Source: a virus
Strand: one strand, 5' to 3'
DNA: 64,000 bases
IMG/VR virus record: IMGVR_UViG_3300028837_004134
Coordinates: 1-64,000 of that record
In this document: positions 17,357-26,964 of the stretch, one piece after another
Numbering within the stretch: position 1 is the stretch's first letter
Layout of the letters: each line of letters opens with the position of its first letter
Translations under genes and position numbers: made by a program
The notes under the pieces: model-generated
Told to the model about the DNA's origin: nothing
The model's input: the letters and a program-made list of their open reading frames with translations, nothing else
Database searches by the model: none

Positions 17357-18356
17357 TGTGATATGACGTACCTCGTGGGACAGTTCTCCAGTTATTATAA
17401 CATACTTCTGAGGGCTTCGTAAGGAGTTTTTCCGTCGAACGCACCGTGGGGACGACCAAAGTTGTAGAATCGTTCCCATTCCTCCAGTTTCTTGTTCAGA
17501 TCCACATCGTCAGTGTAGGTCAGCAGCTGATAAAACTCCTCTTTGTCGGAACGGTGAGATCGCTCGACTTTACCGTTTAGCTGCGGTGAACGGGGTTTGA
17601 TGTAAACATGGCGGATACCTCGATCCTCTACGTGCCAGTGGAACAGAGCTTGGAATTCGTGTCCTCGATCGGTTCGGACAGTATGGATGCGAAAGGGAAA
17701 CTTCTCGATCACGTAATCTATGAAATCTATGGCGTTCTTCTGAGTATGGCGCTTGTAGATCCTCAGGGCTCTCACCCGAGTAGCATCGTCGATGGCGGTG
17801 TACTGGAAACGACGGATCTTCTTGCCTTCGGTGTTCTTGAGAGTAAGAAACGTCACGTCAACCTGGATGTGATGGCCAGGAACCCGTTTTGCATAACGCC
17901 TGGTGTGGATAGCCCGACGGCCGACGTTTCTGGGCAAGCGTCTCAAGCCATGGCGGATAAGGGTTCGATATACGCTCGAACTGGAAGTCTTAACAGCGTG
18001 ATAACGCCCCAGATACCAAGTGATTCGCTCAGGCCCGAAGTGATACACCTGCCTCAGATGAAGGATCTTCTCGACCACCTCCGGGGACAGCTGTCGCGGA
18101 TGACTCTTTGCAATTGGCCTCTTCCGAGCCAATCCCGCATCACCATGTCTGGCGTAAGCTTCCTTCCACCTGTAGAACGTTGATCTGGGCACATCCCACT
18201 CCCGGCAAGCCTCAGTAACGCTGCAATGCGCCTCGGCCCACTCCAACACCAGCTTCTTCAGTCTAATTGATCGAATCGGACAGATCGACATACCAACCTC
18301 CACATTGTGGCTTACATGATAACACAATATGTCCCGCAAGGTCTGGTATATCTACA
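17357..18356 (-). mobile_element. IS481-family insertion sequence
   Basis: Imperfect TIRs TGTGATATGACGTACCTCGTGGGACA / TGTAGATATACCAGACCTTGCGGGACA; no target duplication visible. Confidence 0.85.
17395..18291 (-). CDS. IS481-family DDE transposase
   Basis: HTH N-terminus, IQVDV, RTDRGHEF, PQLNGKVERSHR, YNFGRPH. Confidence 0.92.
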   Translation of the reverse strand: MSICPIRSIRLKKLVLEWAEAHCSVTEACREWDVPRSTFYRWKEAYARHGDAGLARKRPIAKSHPRQLSPEVVEKILHLRQVYHFGPERITWYLGRYHAVKTSSSSVYRTLIRHGLRRLPRNVGRRAIHTRRYAKRVPGHHIQVDVTFLTLKNTEGKKIRRFQYTAIDDATRVRALRIYKRHTQKNAIDFIDYVIEKFPFRIHTVRTDRGHEFQALFHWHVEDRGIRHVYIKPRSPQLNGKVERSHRSDKEEFYQLLTYTDDVDLNKKLEEWERFYNFGRPHGAFDGKTPYEALRSML

Positions 18357-18550
18357 ATCTTGGGCTTCGTGGAGCCGTTTGACGCCGTAGAAGCGCCGAT
18401 AGAGCCGTTGCTCGTGCTGTCACGGCCAAGTTCCTCATAGGCCGTCATGCTGACGTTGGTGGCGAATCTGAACGCCCTGGCCACCGCTCTGGTCTCGGCC
18501 ATGCGGATCAAGTGCGGTGCGATCCACTCGTTCACATTGTCGGGGCTGGC
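18357..18550 (-). pseudogene. 194-bp fragment of the Rad52-like gene at 23669..24232
   Basis: Colinear near-identical copy of 23847..24040 (NEWIAPHLIRMAETRAVARAFRFATN); cut by IS481 on one side. Confidence 0.85.
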
Positions 18551-18578
18551 CCGTCTGAGCGACTTTCTCGGTGAAGGA

Positions 18579-18719
18579 GTATCAGAAGTACCACCCTGTG
18601 AAAGATCGTGGCTTACAGGGCGGTTTAGGCGTCAAACCGGCTTGGTTTGGCTTGGCAGCCAGAGGGGTGAGCCCCGGTGCAATGGGAGGGATATTGCACC
18701 TTAAAGGGGCTTCTGATAC
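18579..18719. mobile_element. Possible MITE
   Basis: 141 bp non-coding, bounded by perfect 10-bp inverted repeats GTATCAGAAG / CTTCTGATAC. Confidence 0.4.
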
Positions 18720-18753
18720 AGTCTACTGTCGTGGTCGCACACCACAGCCATTA

Positions 18754-21700
18754 CTATGGACAGGTCGGCTCAGGCCCCTCGTTGAACATATAGTCCACCA
18801 GGTATACCAGGTCAGCAATATCGATCAGCCCGCCACTGGCATCCACGTCGGCCGCTTCCATAACTGGCGGTTCCGGGCCGCTATTGAACATGAAGTCCAC
18901 CAGGTAGACAAGATCAGCGATATCGATTGGCAGTGTGCCGCTACCGTCGATGTCGCCGCAGGACGAGGTGGCTGCCATTAGAGCGACTGCAACCTGGCCG
19001 CCAATGCCATTCTCAGGGAAGGCCACGATGTTGAGTAGGGACGTCTGGTAAAAGGAGACCGGAGACGGTACCCAGTTCAGTGAAACGGTGTATGTAGCTG
19101 GTACTTCCTCCCCGGGCTGCAGGTCCGGAAGTGGAACCGAATCGCTGCTATGGATTGTGACAAAGCCGGCATCGTGTATCTGACAGTAAACGCCCGTAGC
19201 CACAGCATCACCGATGTTCCTGACCGTCAGGTCAATTGTGACAAGCGAATCACGAGTTACAAGAGACCATTCTGGGGTAGCCGTGATTGAGAGTGTGGGA
19301 ACTGCTGGAATATCAATTAGTAGTCCGATCACACTATCGACCAGCATCCAGCTATCAGCTAACTGCGTCACTACAGTGTCGAAGGTGGATGTCGAAAGCG
19401 TGTTGAATTCAGCATCAAAGGGGTTCAATTGAAGTCCCAAGGCAACGAACGAACCCTGTAATAGCCGCAAGTTCGCGTTTGTGATAGCTGTGTCGGCTTG
19501 TTCGAGAGCGGCGTCGAAATCAGGTATGGTTGCTCGCCCACTATCAGCTTTCGATGTAAGGACTCCCGATGACTGCGAGAAGACGGCCATGACTAAATCC
19601 GCACTTACAATTAGGCTCTCGGCGGCAGTCCATGTTTCAAGTGAATCTCCAGATAGAGCAGCAGCGGTTACGCTGTCACACCAGTCGGAGTAGGCTGAGA
19701 TTTCTTGGGGAAGTGGCGCCTTTGAAGCCGAGCTGCTTCTGGTATTGCCGGCTGCCAACACCATTCCTGGTGTGTGCATTGGATACATCGGGGGGGCCGT
19801 GCCATGATAGACAAAGAATGCGCCGAGAGTTATTTCAGTCTGAATGGAGATAGCTGTCTCAAGTGCCTCTCCGGCTGCCATTATTGAATGACCAGACTTG
19901 TTTACTCCGACCAGATCGCCAAAAAGCTCCACCGCCTTCTTAACCCACTTAAGCTTGAAAAAACCTTCGTCCATCGCATCAGACAACTCTTGAAGCCTTT
20001 CTGCCACACCCATTCCACCAGCATCTTCTTCGTGCTGGGCTATGACAGCTGCCGACTGATCGGTCATGTCTTTGATATTAGACCACCTATCCTGGAAGTT
20101 ATCGGTGGCTTCCTCAAGAGTATTGGAGTAGTTGTAGACTGTCGACCAGCTACCGGCGTCATCAAGAGCATCCTGTGTGGAGGGAACATGTATCAGGCTG
20201 AGTGCGGCTTCATCAAACACAATCCGAACGGCTGCATTGTTTATAAGGCAATCCGAGACGTGTTCGCTTGCGAGACAGTTTATTAACCCAGCCTTGACCT
20301 GATCGAACAGCATACCCCACGTTCGACGTACATCCTCATCAGGAATGAACCTCCTGATCTCTCCAAAAATGTCGAGAATATATCCAAGGACTGTCTTCAG
20401 CACTTTCTTCAGCAGCTTGGCAATCATCCCACCTTTCTCTCCAAGCGCCAAGAAAGCTAAAGCCGGCGTTATGGCCGATATGGTGTTCTTGACTGCTGAA
20501 TCCCACATCTCCTCCGCACCCCTTACTGTCTCTGTTTCCGGTGGTGGGTCTGCTGCATCAGGAATGTAACGGTAACCGGCGTTCACCAACTTAGCTACCA
20601 TCAAAAGCCTTTGGAAAGTCTCCAGTTGCACTTCCGTCGGATAGCCGGGTCGGATTACATTATCCACAAACGAATTGGCATCCTGCATTTCATAACTGTT
20701 CACGACCGGGATAGGGATAATTGTGCCCACAAATAGGTCGATTTCAAGATTCTCCAGGCGATCTTTAATAAAGTCATACTGCGCCAACTCCACCGGCGTT
20801 CCATCAGGATTGTGGACCTGGTAAGTCACAGAAACTACTTCTGGGCTGTTATCGGCGTTGCTGCTCGTGACGGTCATAACTTCGTTGTACGTACCAGGAT
20901 TCAGATCAGTGGTGTTGATGGTAACGGTGATCTCCTGGTAGTTACTCGTACCGTAGTACAGGTCGATATCCAACCAGGGAATCTGCTCATCTATGTACCA
21001 GTCCAGCGTACCGCCGCCCGTATTCGTTATAGTCAAAGTTTGATTATCAGGTAAGACATCATTCTGAGCTGCAGCAAAGTGAAGACTGGAGGGACTTAAT
21101 TGGATGTGCGGACCAGACGAGATCGCATACTCAATGGCCAAGTATTCTGGGCTGTTGTCGGCATTGGTGCTCGTAACCGTCATGACTTCGTTGTAAGTCG
21201 CCGGCGCTAAACCCGTGGTGTTTACGGTTACAGTGATCTCAGCGTAGTTGGATGTGCCGGAAAACGGGGTTATGTCCAGCCAGTCGATTTGTTCGTCTAT
21301 GTGCCAGTCCAGCGTTCCGCCACCGGTATTGGATATCTCAAACGTCTGCGGGGTGGGTGTAGGATCATCTTGGACCGCCAAGAAGCTGAGATTAGTTGGC
21401 GTCAGTGAAATGTGCGGACCGGCAGATACAGTATATTCGACCGTCACAAATTGCGGGCTGTTATCGGCGTTGGAGCTGGTCACGGTCATCACTTCATTGT
21501 AGGTGCCTGGTGCCAAACCGGTGGTATTTATCGTAACCGTTATTTCCTGGCTGTTGCCCGGTCCTTGCCGTATATCAAGATCCAGCCACTCAATCTGCTC
21601 ATCCACGTACCAGTCAAGCGTTCCGCCGCCGGTATTTGATATCTCAAACGTCTGCGGGGTGGGTGTAGGATCATCTTGGACCGCCAAGAAGCTGAGATTA

Positions 21701-22593
21701 GTTGGCGTCAGTGAAATGTGCGGACCGGCAGATACAGTATATTCGACCGTCACAAATTGCGGGCTGTTGTCGGCGTTGGAACTGGTAACGGTCATAACTT
21801 CATTATATGTCCCCGGAGCAAGCGATGTTGTGTTGATTGTAGCCGTAATCTCCTGGCTGTTGCTCGTGCCGAAGTAAGGGGTAATATCTAACCAGGAAAT
21901 CTGCTCGTCAATGTACCAGTCCAGTGTACCGCCGCCCGTATTTGATACGGAAAATGTCTGTTCGGTTGGAGCCACACTGTTTTCTGCGCCTTGAAAGATC
22001 AAATTCTCTGTCGACAGTGCGATATGGGGAAGGTCCTGTGATTGATATGCCCAGGGAATCCAATTGACAGGTCCACTGATTCCTGCAGCAATCGTAGCTG
22101 AGTCAGTTGTACCCCAGTAGTTATACTGGGCGTTGGTTGAAGTACCAGATGAATTGACAATATTAAAATCAGTGTTGTCATATATATCACAACTGTAGTC
22201 TAAAGAACCACCAATGATAAGCGGTCTTGAAGCATTAATATTATAGAGTCCATCTCCCACATTACCGATAATGTGACAGTTTTCAAAAATAATTTCAGAA
22301 GCAATTGAACAATACACACCACAGTTTAAGTTATTGGCGATTAGACAATGTCTAAAAATCTTGGGATAGTCAGCATCCTTTGACCGAGCATATACACCAG
22401 CCTGAGCGACACCGAATAAAGTATCCACTGCCCCGGCATACTTGATATCACAGTAAAGTAAACTATCGGAAAGCGTGTAACTGTGATATTTTATCCCAAC
22501 CCAGTCACCTGGCTGGGGGACAGGTGCATTGGAAGTGAAAACTATCCGGTTATCAGGAGTCCCGTTGGCCTCAGCGATAAACCACATCGTCAA
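18754..22593 (-). CDS. Large surface/secreted protein, main fragment: beta-helix, 4 BACON-like repeats, helical region, Ig-like domain, dockerin-like C-terminus
   Basis: Four ~100-aa ISNTGGGTLDW...WLDI repeats; CGDIDGSG...DIADLVYLVD x2. Confidence 0.85.
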   Translation of the reverse strand: MTMWFIAEANGTPDNRIVFTSNAPVPQPGDWVGIKYHSYTLSDSLLYCDIKYAGAVDTLFGVAQAGVYARSKDADYPKIFRHCLIANNLNCGVYCSIASEIIFENCHIIGNVGDGLYNINASRPLIIGGSLDYSCDIYDNTDFNIVNSSGTSTNAQYNYWGTTDSATIAAGISGPVNWIPWAYQSQDLPHIALSTENLIFQGAENSVAPTEQTFSVSNTGGGTLDWYIDEQISWLDITPYFGTSNSQEITATINTTSLAPGTYNEVMTVTSSNADNSPQFVTVEYTVSAGPHISLTPTNLSFLAVQDDPTPTPQTFEISNTGGGTLDWYVDEQIEWLDLDIRQGPGNSQEITVTINTTGLAPGTYNEVMTVTSSNADNSPQFVTVEYTVSAGPHISLTPTNLSFLAVQDDPTPTPQTFEISNTGGGTLDWHIDEQIDWLDITPFSGTSNYAEITVTVNTTGLAPATYNEVMTVTSTNADNSPEYLAIEYAISSGPHIQLSPSSLHFAAAQNDVLPDNQTLTITNTGGGTLDWYIDEQIPWLDIDLYYGTSNYQEITVTINTTDLNPGTYNEVMTVTSSNADNSPEVVSVTYQVHNPDGTPVELAQYDFIKDRLENLEIDLFVGTIIPIPVVNSYEMQDANSFVDNVIRPGYPTEVQLETFQRLLMVAKLVNAGYRYIPDAADPPPETETVRGAEEMWDSAVKNTISAITPALAFLALGEKGGMIAKLLKKVLKTVLGYILDIFGEIRRFIPDEDVRRTWGMLFDQVKAGLINCLASEHVSDCLINNAAVRIVFDEAALSLIHVPSTQDALDDAGSWSTVYNYSNTLEEATDNFQDRWSNIKDMTDQSAAVIAQHEEDAGGMGVAERLQELSDAMDEGFFKLKWVKKAVELFGDLVGVNKSGHSIMAAGEALETAISIQTEITLGAFFVYHGTAPPMYPMHTPGMVLAAGNTRSSSASKAPLPQEISAYSDWCDSVTAAALSGDSLETWTAAESLIVSADLVMAVFSQSSGVLTSKADSGRATIPDFDAALEQADTAITNANLRLLQGSFVALGLQLNPFDAEFNTLSTSTFDTVVTQLADSWMLVDSVIGLLIDIPAVPTLSITATPEWSLVTRDSLVTIDLTVRNIGDAVATGVYCQIHDAGFVTIHSSDSVPLPDLQPGEEVPATYTVSLNWVPSPVSFYQTSLLNIVAFPENGIGGQVAVALMAATSSCGDIDGSGTLPIDIADLVYLVDFMFNSGPEPPVMEAADVDASGGLIDIADLVYLVDYMFNEGPEPTCP

Positions 22594-23013
22594 AGTAGTT
22601 GCTAACTAAATGGATGCCCCCACTGTCATTGGAAGAAATTGTGCAATTTTCAATTGAACTGTAAGCAGATCGACCGTAATCATAAATACCATAACCGGTG
22701 CAATTAGTAATGGAACAATCGACTAATTCCAGAGTGTCAGTACTCGCACCCATAAACACGCCTGATCCAAGAATGGAATCAATCGTGCAGCTCTTAATCT
22801 GTTTTAGCTTGTCGGCCTGACCACGGAAATATACACCAGCCTGAGCGACACCGAACAAGGTATCCACCGCCCCGGCATACTTGATATCACAGTAAAGTAA
22901 ACTATCGGAAAGCGTGTAACTGTGATATTTTATCCCAACCCAGTCACCTGGCTGGGGGACAGGTGCATTGGAAGTGAAAACTATCCGGTTATCAGGAGTC
23001 CCGTTGGCCTCAG
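22390..23013. repeat. 185-bp near-identical direct repeat (22390-22574 and 22829-23013)
   Basis: Both encode EANGTPDNRIVFTSNAPVPQPGDW...AQAGVY. Confidence 0.92.
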
Positions 23014-23150
23014 ACAATGTAAGGACTGCCATCTATGCTTAGTGTAGTATTCGTAGTTATGGCTCCACCAATATAGGTTTGAGCCGTAGAAACATCACTC
23101 ACAAACAATATTATTGTTACAACGGATAAAATACAGATAAATACCTTCAT
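22571..23150 (-). pseudogene. Disrupted 5' part of the same surface-protein gene
   Basis: Signal peptide MKVFICILSVVTIILFVSDVSTA from ATG 23150, then ...GSPYIV-stop; a second fragment 22571..23032; both breaks at CTGAGGCC. Confidence 0.75.
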
Positions 23151-23668
23151 AGCTTCCCCCTGTATCCTAAATGTTTAGATTGATTTCTCAGAAACATCAA
23201 AAAAGCCCGTGTTTTGAAAACCAACGGGCTGCAGTGCTCTATTGATATATGATTTTGAATTTGACTAACTTCTGGATCGTCGAGTAAGCCCATATAAATA
23301 ACTCCAATTACGGTTTATTCTCAGGAGTGATGGACCAAGATGCATATCTTCCCAATAAAAGAAATATACTCAAACTTTCATGCTTGTCAATCCCGAAAGC
23401 CCTTATTGACGAGGGTTTCCGGACCTTAACTAACTCCTCGTCCTTGACTCCGTCATATGATAAATAGTCACATTCTATGTCTTTTGCAGAAAAAACATCC
23501 CTTTGAGTGCGAAATTTCAAATGTATAACAATATTGTAAACGCCGGAGTAAAAGTGTCCCAAGGGGCGGTCGAAAAGTGTGCCACCCAGGCTTCGCCCGA
23601 ACAGTAAGGACAAGAGGCCAGCACTACTCGGCACCGGCCCCTTGTTTCATGATGATCTGCGCAGCAAC

Positions 23669-24232
23669 CTACCCCACCTTGCCTTTCTTCGGACAAAGCT
23701 TCAACTGGTCGATGGCGTGTGACCCACCCGCAATGGGAATCTTGCCGGTCTTCGCCTTGTGATCGAACAGTTTCTGTATCTCCAGCTCCAGCTCGATCGG
23801 CACTTCCCGCTGGTCACACAGCGTGCGAATGTACTGCTCCTGAGTCATCTTGGGCTTCTTGGAGCCGTTTGACACCGCAGAAGCACCTACAGAGCCGTTG
23901 CCTGTGCTGTCACGACCAAGCTCTTCATAGGCCGTCATGCTGACGTTGGTGGCGAACCTGAACGCTCTGGCCACGGCCCTGGTCTCAGCCATGCGGATCA
24001 AGTGCGGCGCGATCCACTCGTTCACGTTGTCAGGGCTGGCGTCGCCCAGACCGTGGAAAGTGCCCTTGCTGGTTGTGACTTCGGCCGAGACAACTGCCAG
24101 CGGCTGGTCTTTTGTCGGCATGTGCAACAGGCAGGTTTTGACCGCGTTCAGCCCCTGTCGGTGGGCCTCGTCGAGCAGACCAGCGAACAGGATGTACTCC
24201 TTGCCGTTGGTAGGTGGTGATCGTCGCCGCAC
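23669..24232 (-). CDS. Rad52/Sak-like ssDNA annealing protein (probably 5'-truncated)
   Basis: GKEYILFAGLL...AVVSAEV...FHGLGDA...RMAETRAVARA pattern. Confidence 0.5.
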   Translation of the reverse strand: MRRRSPPTNGKEYILFAGLLDEAHRQGLNAVKTCLLHMPTKDQPLAVVSAEVTTSKGTFHGLGDASPDNVNEWIAPHLIRMAETRAVARAFRFATNVSMTAYEELGRDSTGNGSVGASAVSNGSKKPKMTQEQYIRTLCDQREVPIELELEIQKLFDHKAKTGKIPIAGGSHAIDQLKLCPKKGKVG

Positions 24233-24235
24233 CCA

Positions 24236-24550
24236 TCACGCGGCCCCCGTGGCTTTCAGCTCCGGAGAAACCGGATGCGCGTCTCCGACCCTTTCGACCT
24301 TGAACGCCTCTTCACCGAACTCACGGGAGAGGAACCCGGTGAAAATCCGGGCGATGGCGCGTCCGACATCAGTCGCCGCGTCCACCACGCAGGAACGCTT
24401 TTTCGAGTCCAGGCAGAAGGACGCATCAAGTCGTACCAAAGCTCGACCGTGCAGGCTCTCGGCGGCGAGCACGGCAAGGAGCAGAGACTCCTCGACGTCC
24501 CGGAATGGGACCTTGGTGTTGAAGTTGTATCTGTAGAGTTCGCGGTTCAT
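24236..24550 (-). CDS. Hypothetical protein of the element backbone
   Basis: Compact ORF with GGAGG RBS, directly downstream of promoter motif P4. Confidence 0.65.
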   Translation of the reverse strand: MNRELYRYNFNTKVPFRDVEESLLLAVLAAESLHGRALVRLDASFCLDSKKRSCVVDAATDVGRAIARIFTGFLSREFGEEAFKVERVGDAHPVSPELKATGAA

Positions 24551-24648
24551 TGTCTTTCCTCCGTTCATTGCGGTCCGTTTGGAGGGCGCGTCCGGGCCGG
24601 ATACCGTTGGAGTTTCTCGAACGCCTTGCCGGCATCCGACCCGGTCAA

Positions 24649-24677
24649 TACCTACCGGAAGCGACTCCGGACCGTCG
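24649..24677 (-). promoter_or_regulatory. Bipartite promoter motif P4
   Basis: CGAC-N15-CCGGTAGGTA starting 5 bp after the sigma gene stop. Confidence 0.78.
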
Positions 24678-24682
24678 GGCGG

Positions 24683-25267
24683 TCAGAGGTAGTCCCTCAG
24701 TCCGGCGTCCTCGAAGATTGCACACAGCTTTTTGCGGGACTCATAGATCGTTCCCCTCGGAATCCCTGTATCGCGGGAGATCTCGGTGATGCTTTCCGTT
24801 TTGAGGCGCTTGCACAGTTCGCGCAGTTCGGGCGGGAGCTTCTCGATTGTTCTCTGGACATCAAGGGAAAGATCGCGCAACTCCCACGCGGGTCGTGCAA
24901 GCTTGCTGGTGCGGCGCAGGTAGTCCTCCTGGTCGATGGTCTCCATGCGCTCCACAGAGCTGCCTTCTTCGTCCTCGAACCGGTCGTTCAGGGAGCAGCG
25001 GAGGCGATAATCCCGCATACCGGCTTTCTGCGATTCGATAATGGTGGCGGTTTTGTGCTCTACCACCCGGGTGATGAAGGTGTTGCGCTGAGCACGTCTG
25101 GGATCGTATTTCGGCAGTCGTCGGAGCAAGTCCAGCATCATATCCTGCTCCAGGTCCTCGCGGTCGGACTCGGTGAATCCGACCCTCCCGACCAATTGTC
25201 TGGCCTTGTACTTGATTAGTCGAACGGCATATTCGTCGACTGCTTCCGGGTGATTGTCGAAACCCAT
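24683..25267 (-). CDS. Sigma-70 family (ECF-like) RNA polymerase sigma factor
   Basis: Region 2 DREDLEQDMMLDLLRRLPKYDP...TFITRV; region 4 IEKLPPELRE...SITEISRDTGIPRGTIY. Confidence 0.85.
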   Translation of the reverse strand: MGFDNHPEAVDEYAVRLIKYKARQLVGRVGFTESDREDLEQDMMLDLLRRLPKYDPRRAQRNTFITRVVEHKTATIIESQKAGMRDYRLRCSLNDRFEDEEGSSVERMETIDQEDYLRRTSKLARPAWELRDLSLDVQRTIEKLPPELRELCKRLKTESITEISRDTGIPRGTIYESRKKLCAIFEDAGLRDYL

Positions 25268-25442
25268 TTGGACCTCCTCGTGGCCGAGGGGGCGTGGGTG
25301 CCGACGGAAGCAGTGACCACTATGAGAAGAGGCGTCGCAGGTTCACCGCGTCAGCGGCACCCACAACGCCTCCACTTCGTGGCCGGTTAGTTGTCAGGTA
25401 GCGAAAAGCTCATTTCACAATTGGGGAGCCAACCCCCCGTTC

Positions 25443-25781
25443 TCAGGCAGTGTTCTCCTCGACATTCATTTTGAATGGGAGGCCGTGTTTGATCTCGAGC
25501 GAGTGGATGACTCCGTTACCCAATGCTTCAACCTGTGTGAAAAAATCGCACACTTGAGCCTTGAGCACGAAATCCTGCTTGGTGGCCTCCGGTCGTGGGC
25601 CGTTTTCCGCGCAGAACTTTATCTCCCTGACCACACGCGGCGGCGGATCAAGGACTAACTCGCCCTCACGGATGACGATCCCCTCGATGCAACCAAAGTT
25701 GATGTGCTGCATCAACTCGATTAGCTGCGTCTTCGGTTGCGAGAGGGAAGACTTCGTAGCGTCACGTTCGGTCTCCTGCAT
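25443..25781 (-). CDS. Hypothetical protein
   Basis: AAGGAG RBS; co-oriented with backbone; LIELMQHINFG...IKHGLPF. Confidence 0.65.
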   Translation of the reverse strand: MQETERDATKSSLSQPKTQLIELMQHINFGCIEGIVIREGELVLDPPPRVVREIKFCAENGPRPEATKQDFVLKAQVCDFFTQVEALGNGVIHSLEIKHGLPFKMNVEENTA

Positions 25782-25852
25782 ATGACTCCTTCAATCCGAG
25801 GGTCTTCTGAATGAGCAGCGCACCGTGCGCTAGCCCGTCACCCTTCGGAGGA

Positions 25853-25965
25853 ATTGCAGGAAACGATTGCAGGAGGTGTGGAGGCGTCCGCAACCTCGTT
25901 AGCTAAAAGGACTACGGCGCGTGGATATGATAATTGCAGTTGCAGGAAGTCGTGCAAACTGCAAT
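25853..25965. promoter_or_regulatory. Cluster of TTGCAG/CTGCAA boxes
   Basis: ATTGCAGG x2, ATTGCAGTTGCAGG, TGCAAACTGCAAT in a short intergenic gap after the HTH gene. Confidence 0.45.
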
Positions 25966-25973
25966 GAGGAAGG

Positions 25974-26957
25974 TTACCCCTTGAACCTCATAACTTGTTG
26001 AAGATCGTTGGCGGTTTCCCAGAGAATGCCGATCTCCCTGTCTAAAGGATCGTTAATTGCTCTGGATATGGAAGATATGCTGACATTCAGTTGAGCGGCA
26101 AGTTGCTTCTGGGTAGGTCGAAGCAGCAGTAGAGGACTAATCCCGCGATCGCGTGATTTGTATGCGTGATCGCGTGCTGCCCGCAGGTGTTCTCTTAGTG
26201 CCTGCTTAAGACCATCGATGGTAGCAGTCCGTGTGGCACGCTTCTTGGGTTTCTTCTTGGCCGCTTTGCGTGTAGCCCGGTTCCCAGTTGCCTCGGCCTT
26301 GACGAGCCCCGTATTGCGCTTTCTGCGAAGTTCATCCAGACGTTTCACAACCTCTTGACCGGGAATGAGCTTCTTCTTGATCTCGTCATACTCATTGAGT
26401 GGTATGGCAGGCAAGTCCGAAACATCGAGAGTGAGAAGAGCTAACTCACGAAGCCTCGCTTCCGTCTCCTCCCCGAAGACTGTAGAATCGGGCCTGATGA
26501 TAACACACGGTACGGACATAATCTGATCACCGTCGAGATCCTTGCCGCCAGGGTAGGGAATCACATGTCTCACTACAGTAGTTGCAGGCAGTGCTGGCGA
26601 GTACTCGGCAATGAGAGGGAAAGACGAGAAAGCCTCCACGATGGCGCACGCTGGACAGGCGCCGATCAGAGTGTTCAACTCATGTAGATGCGCCAGTGCC
26701 TCGTGTATATCTCTTTGTACATCGTTCCATCGCTTCTCCCTCTTTCGCTTAGAGGCAGTCCTTAGTTGAAACAGGGATAACTCAACGCGGCCGCGGAACT
26801 CGCTGCACGAGAACCCTTTGCAGTGATACTCGCAGAAGACCCATGCCAGATTCTCAAGACATTTCCAAGCCCATCGCGCTGCGGCGCGTCGGTCTGAATG
26901 CTCTTGGAAGTTAACGTCGAAGTGGGATTTGGCGCAACGGTTCTTAGTCATGGCCAT
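25974..26957 (-). CDS. Hypothetical regulator with C-terminal HTH
   Basis: PTQKQLAAQLNVSISSISRAIND. Confidence 0.6.
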   Translation of the reverse strand: MAMTKNRCAKSHFDVNFQEHSDRRAAARWAWKCLENLAWVFCEYHCKGFSCSEFRGRVELSLFQLRTASKRKREKRWNDVQRDIHEALAHLHELNTLIGACPACAIVEAFSSFPLIAEYSPALPATTVVRHVIPYPGGKDLDGDQIMSVPCVIIRPDSTVFGEETEARLRELALLTLDVSDLPAIPLNEYDEIKKKLIPGQEVVKRLDELRRKRNTGLVKAEATGNRATRKAAKKKPKKRATRTATIDGLKQALREHLRAARDHAYKSRDRGISPLLLLRPTQKQLAAQLNVSISSISRAINDPLDREIGILWETANDLQQVMRFKG

Positions 26958-26964
26958 TTTGATT

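Noticed and set aside
22571-23032. Programmed +1 frameshifting at C-UGA-G
   Set aside because: Coding sequence appears to be missing at the junction and no slippery or SD context is evident; deletion or misassembly is simpler.
23308-23634. 108-aa ORF
   Set aside because: No motif and spans a composition boundary; not supportable as a gene.
25422-25431. Second tRNA-end-like TGGGGAGCCA as an att site
   Set aside because: Opposite orientation to 31500-31510, internal to the control block and only 10 nt; likely chance.
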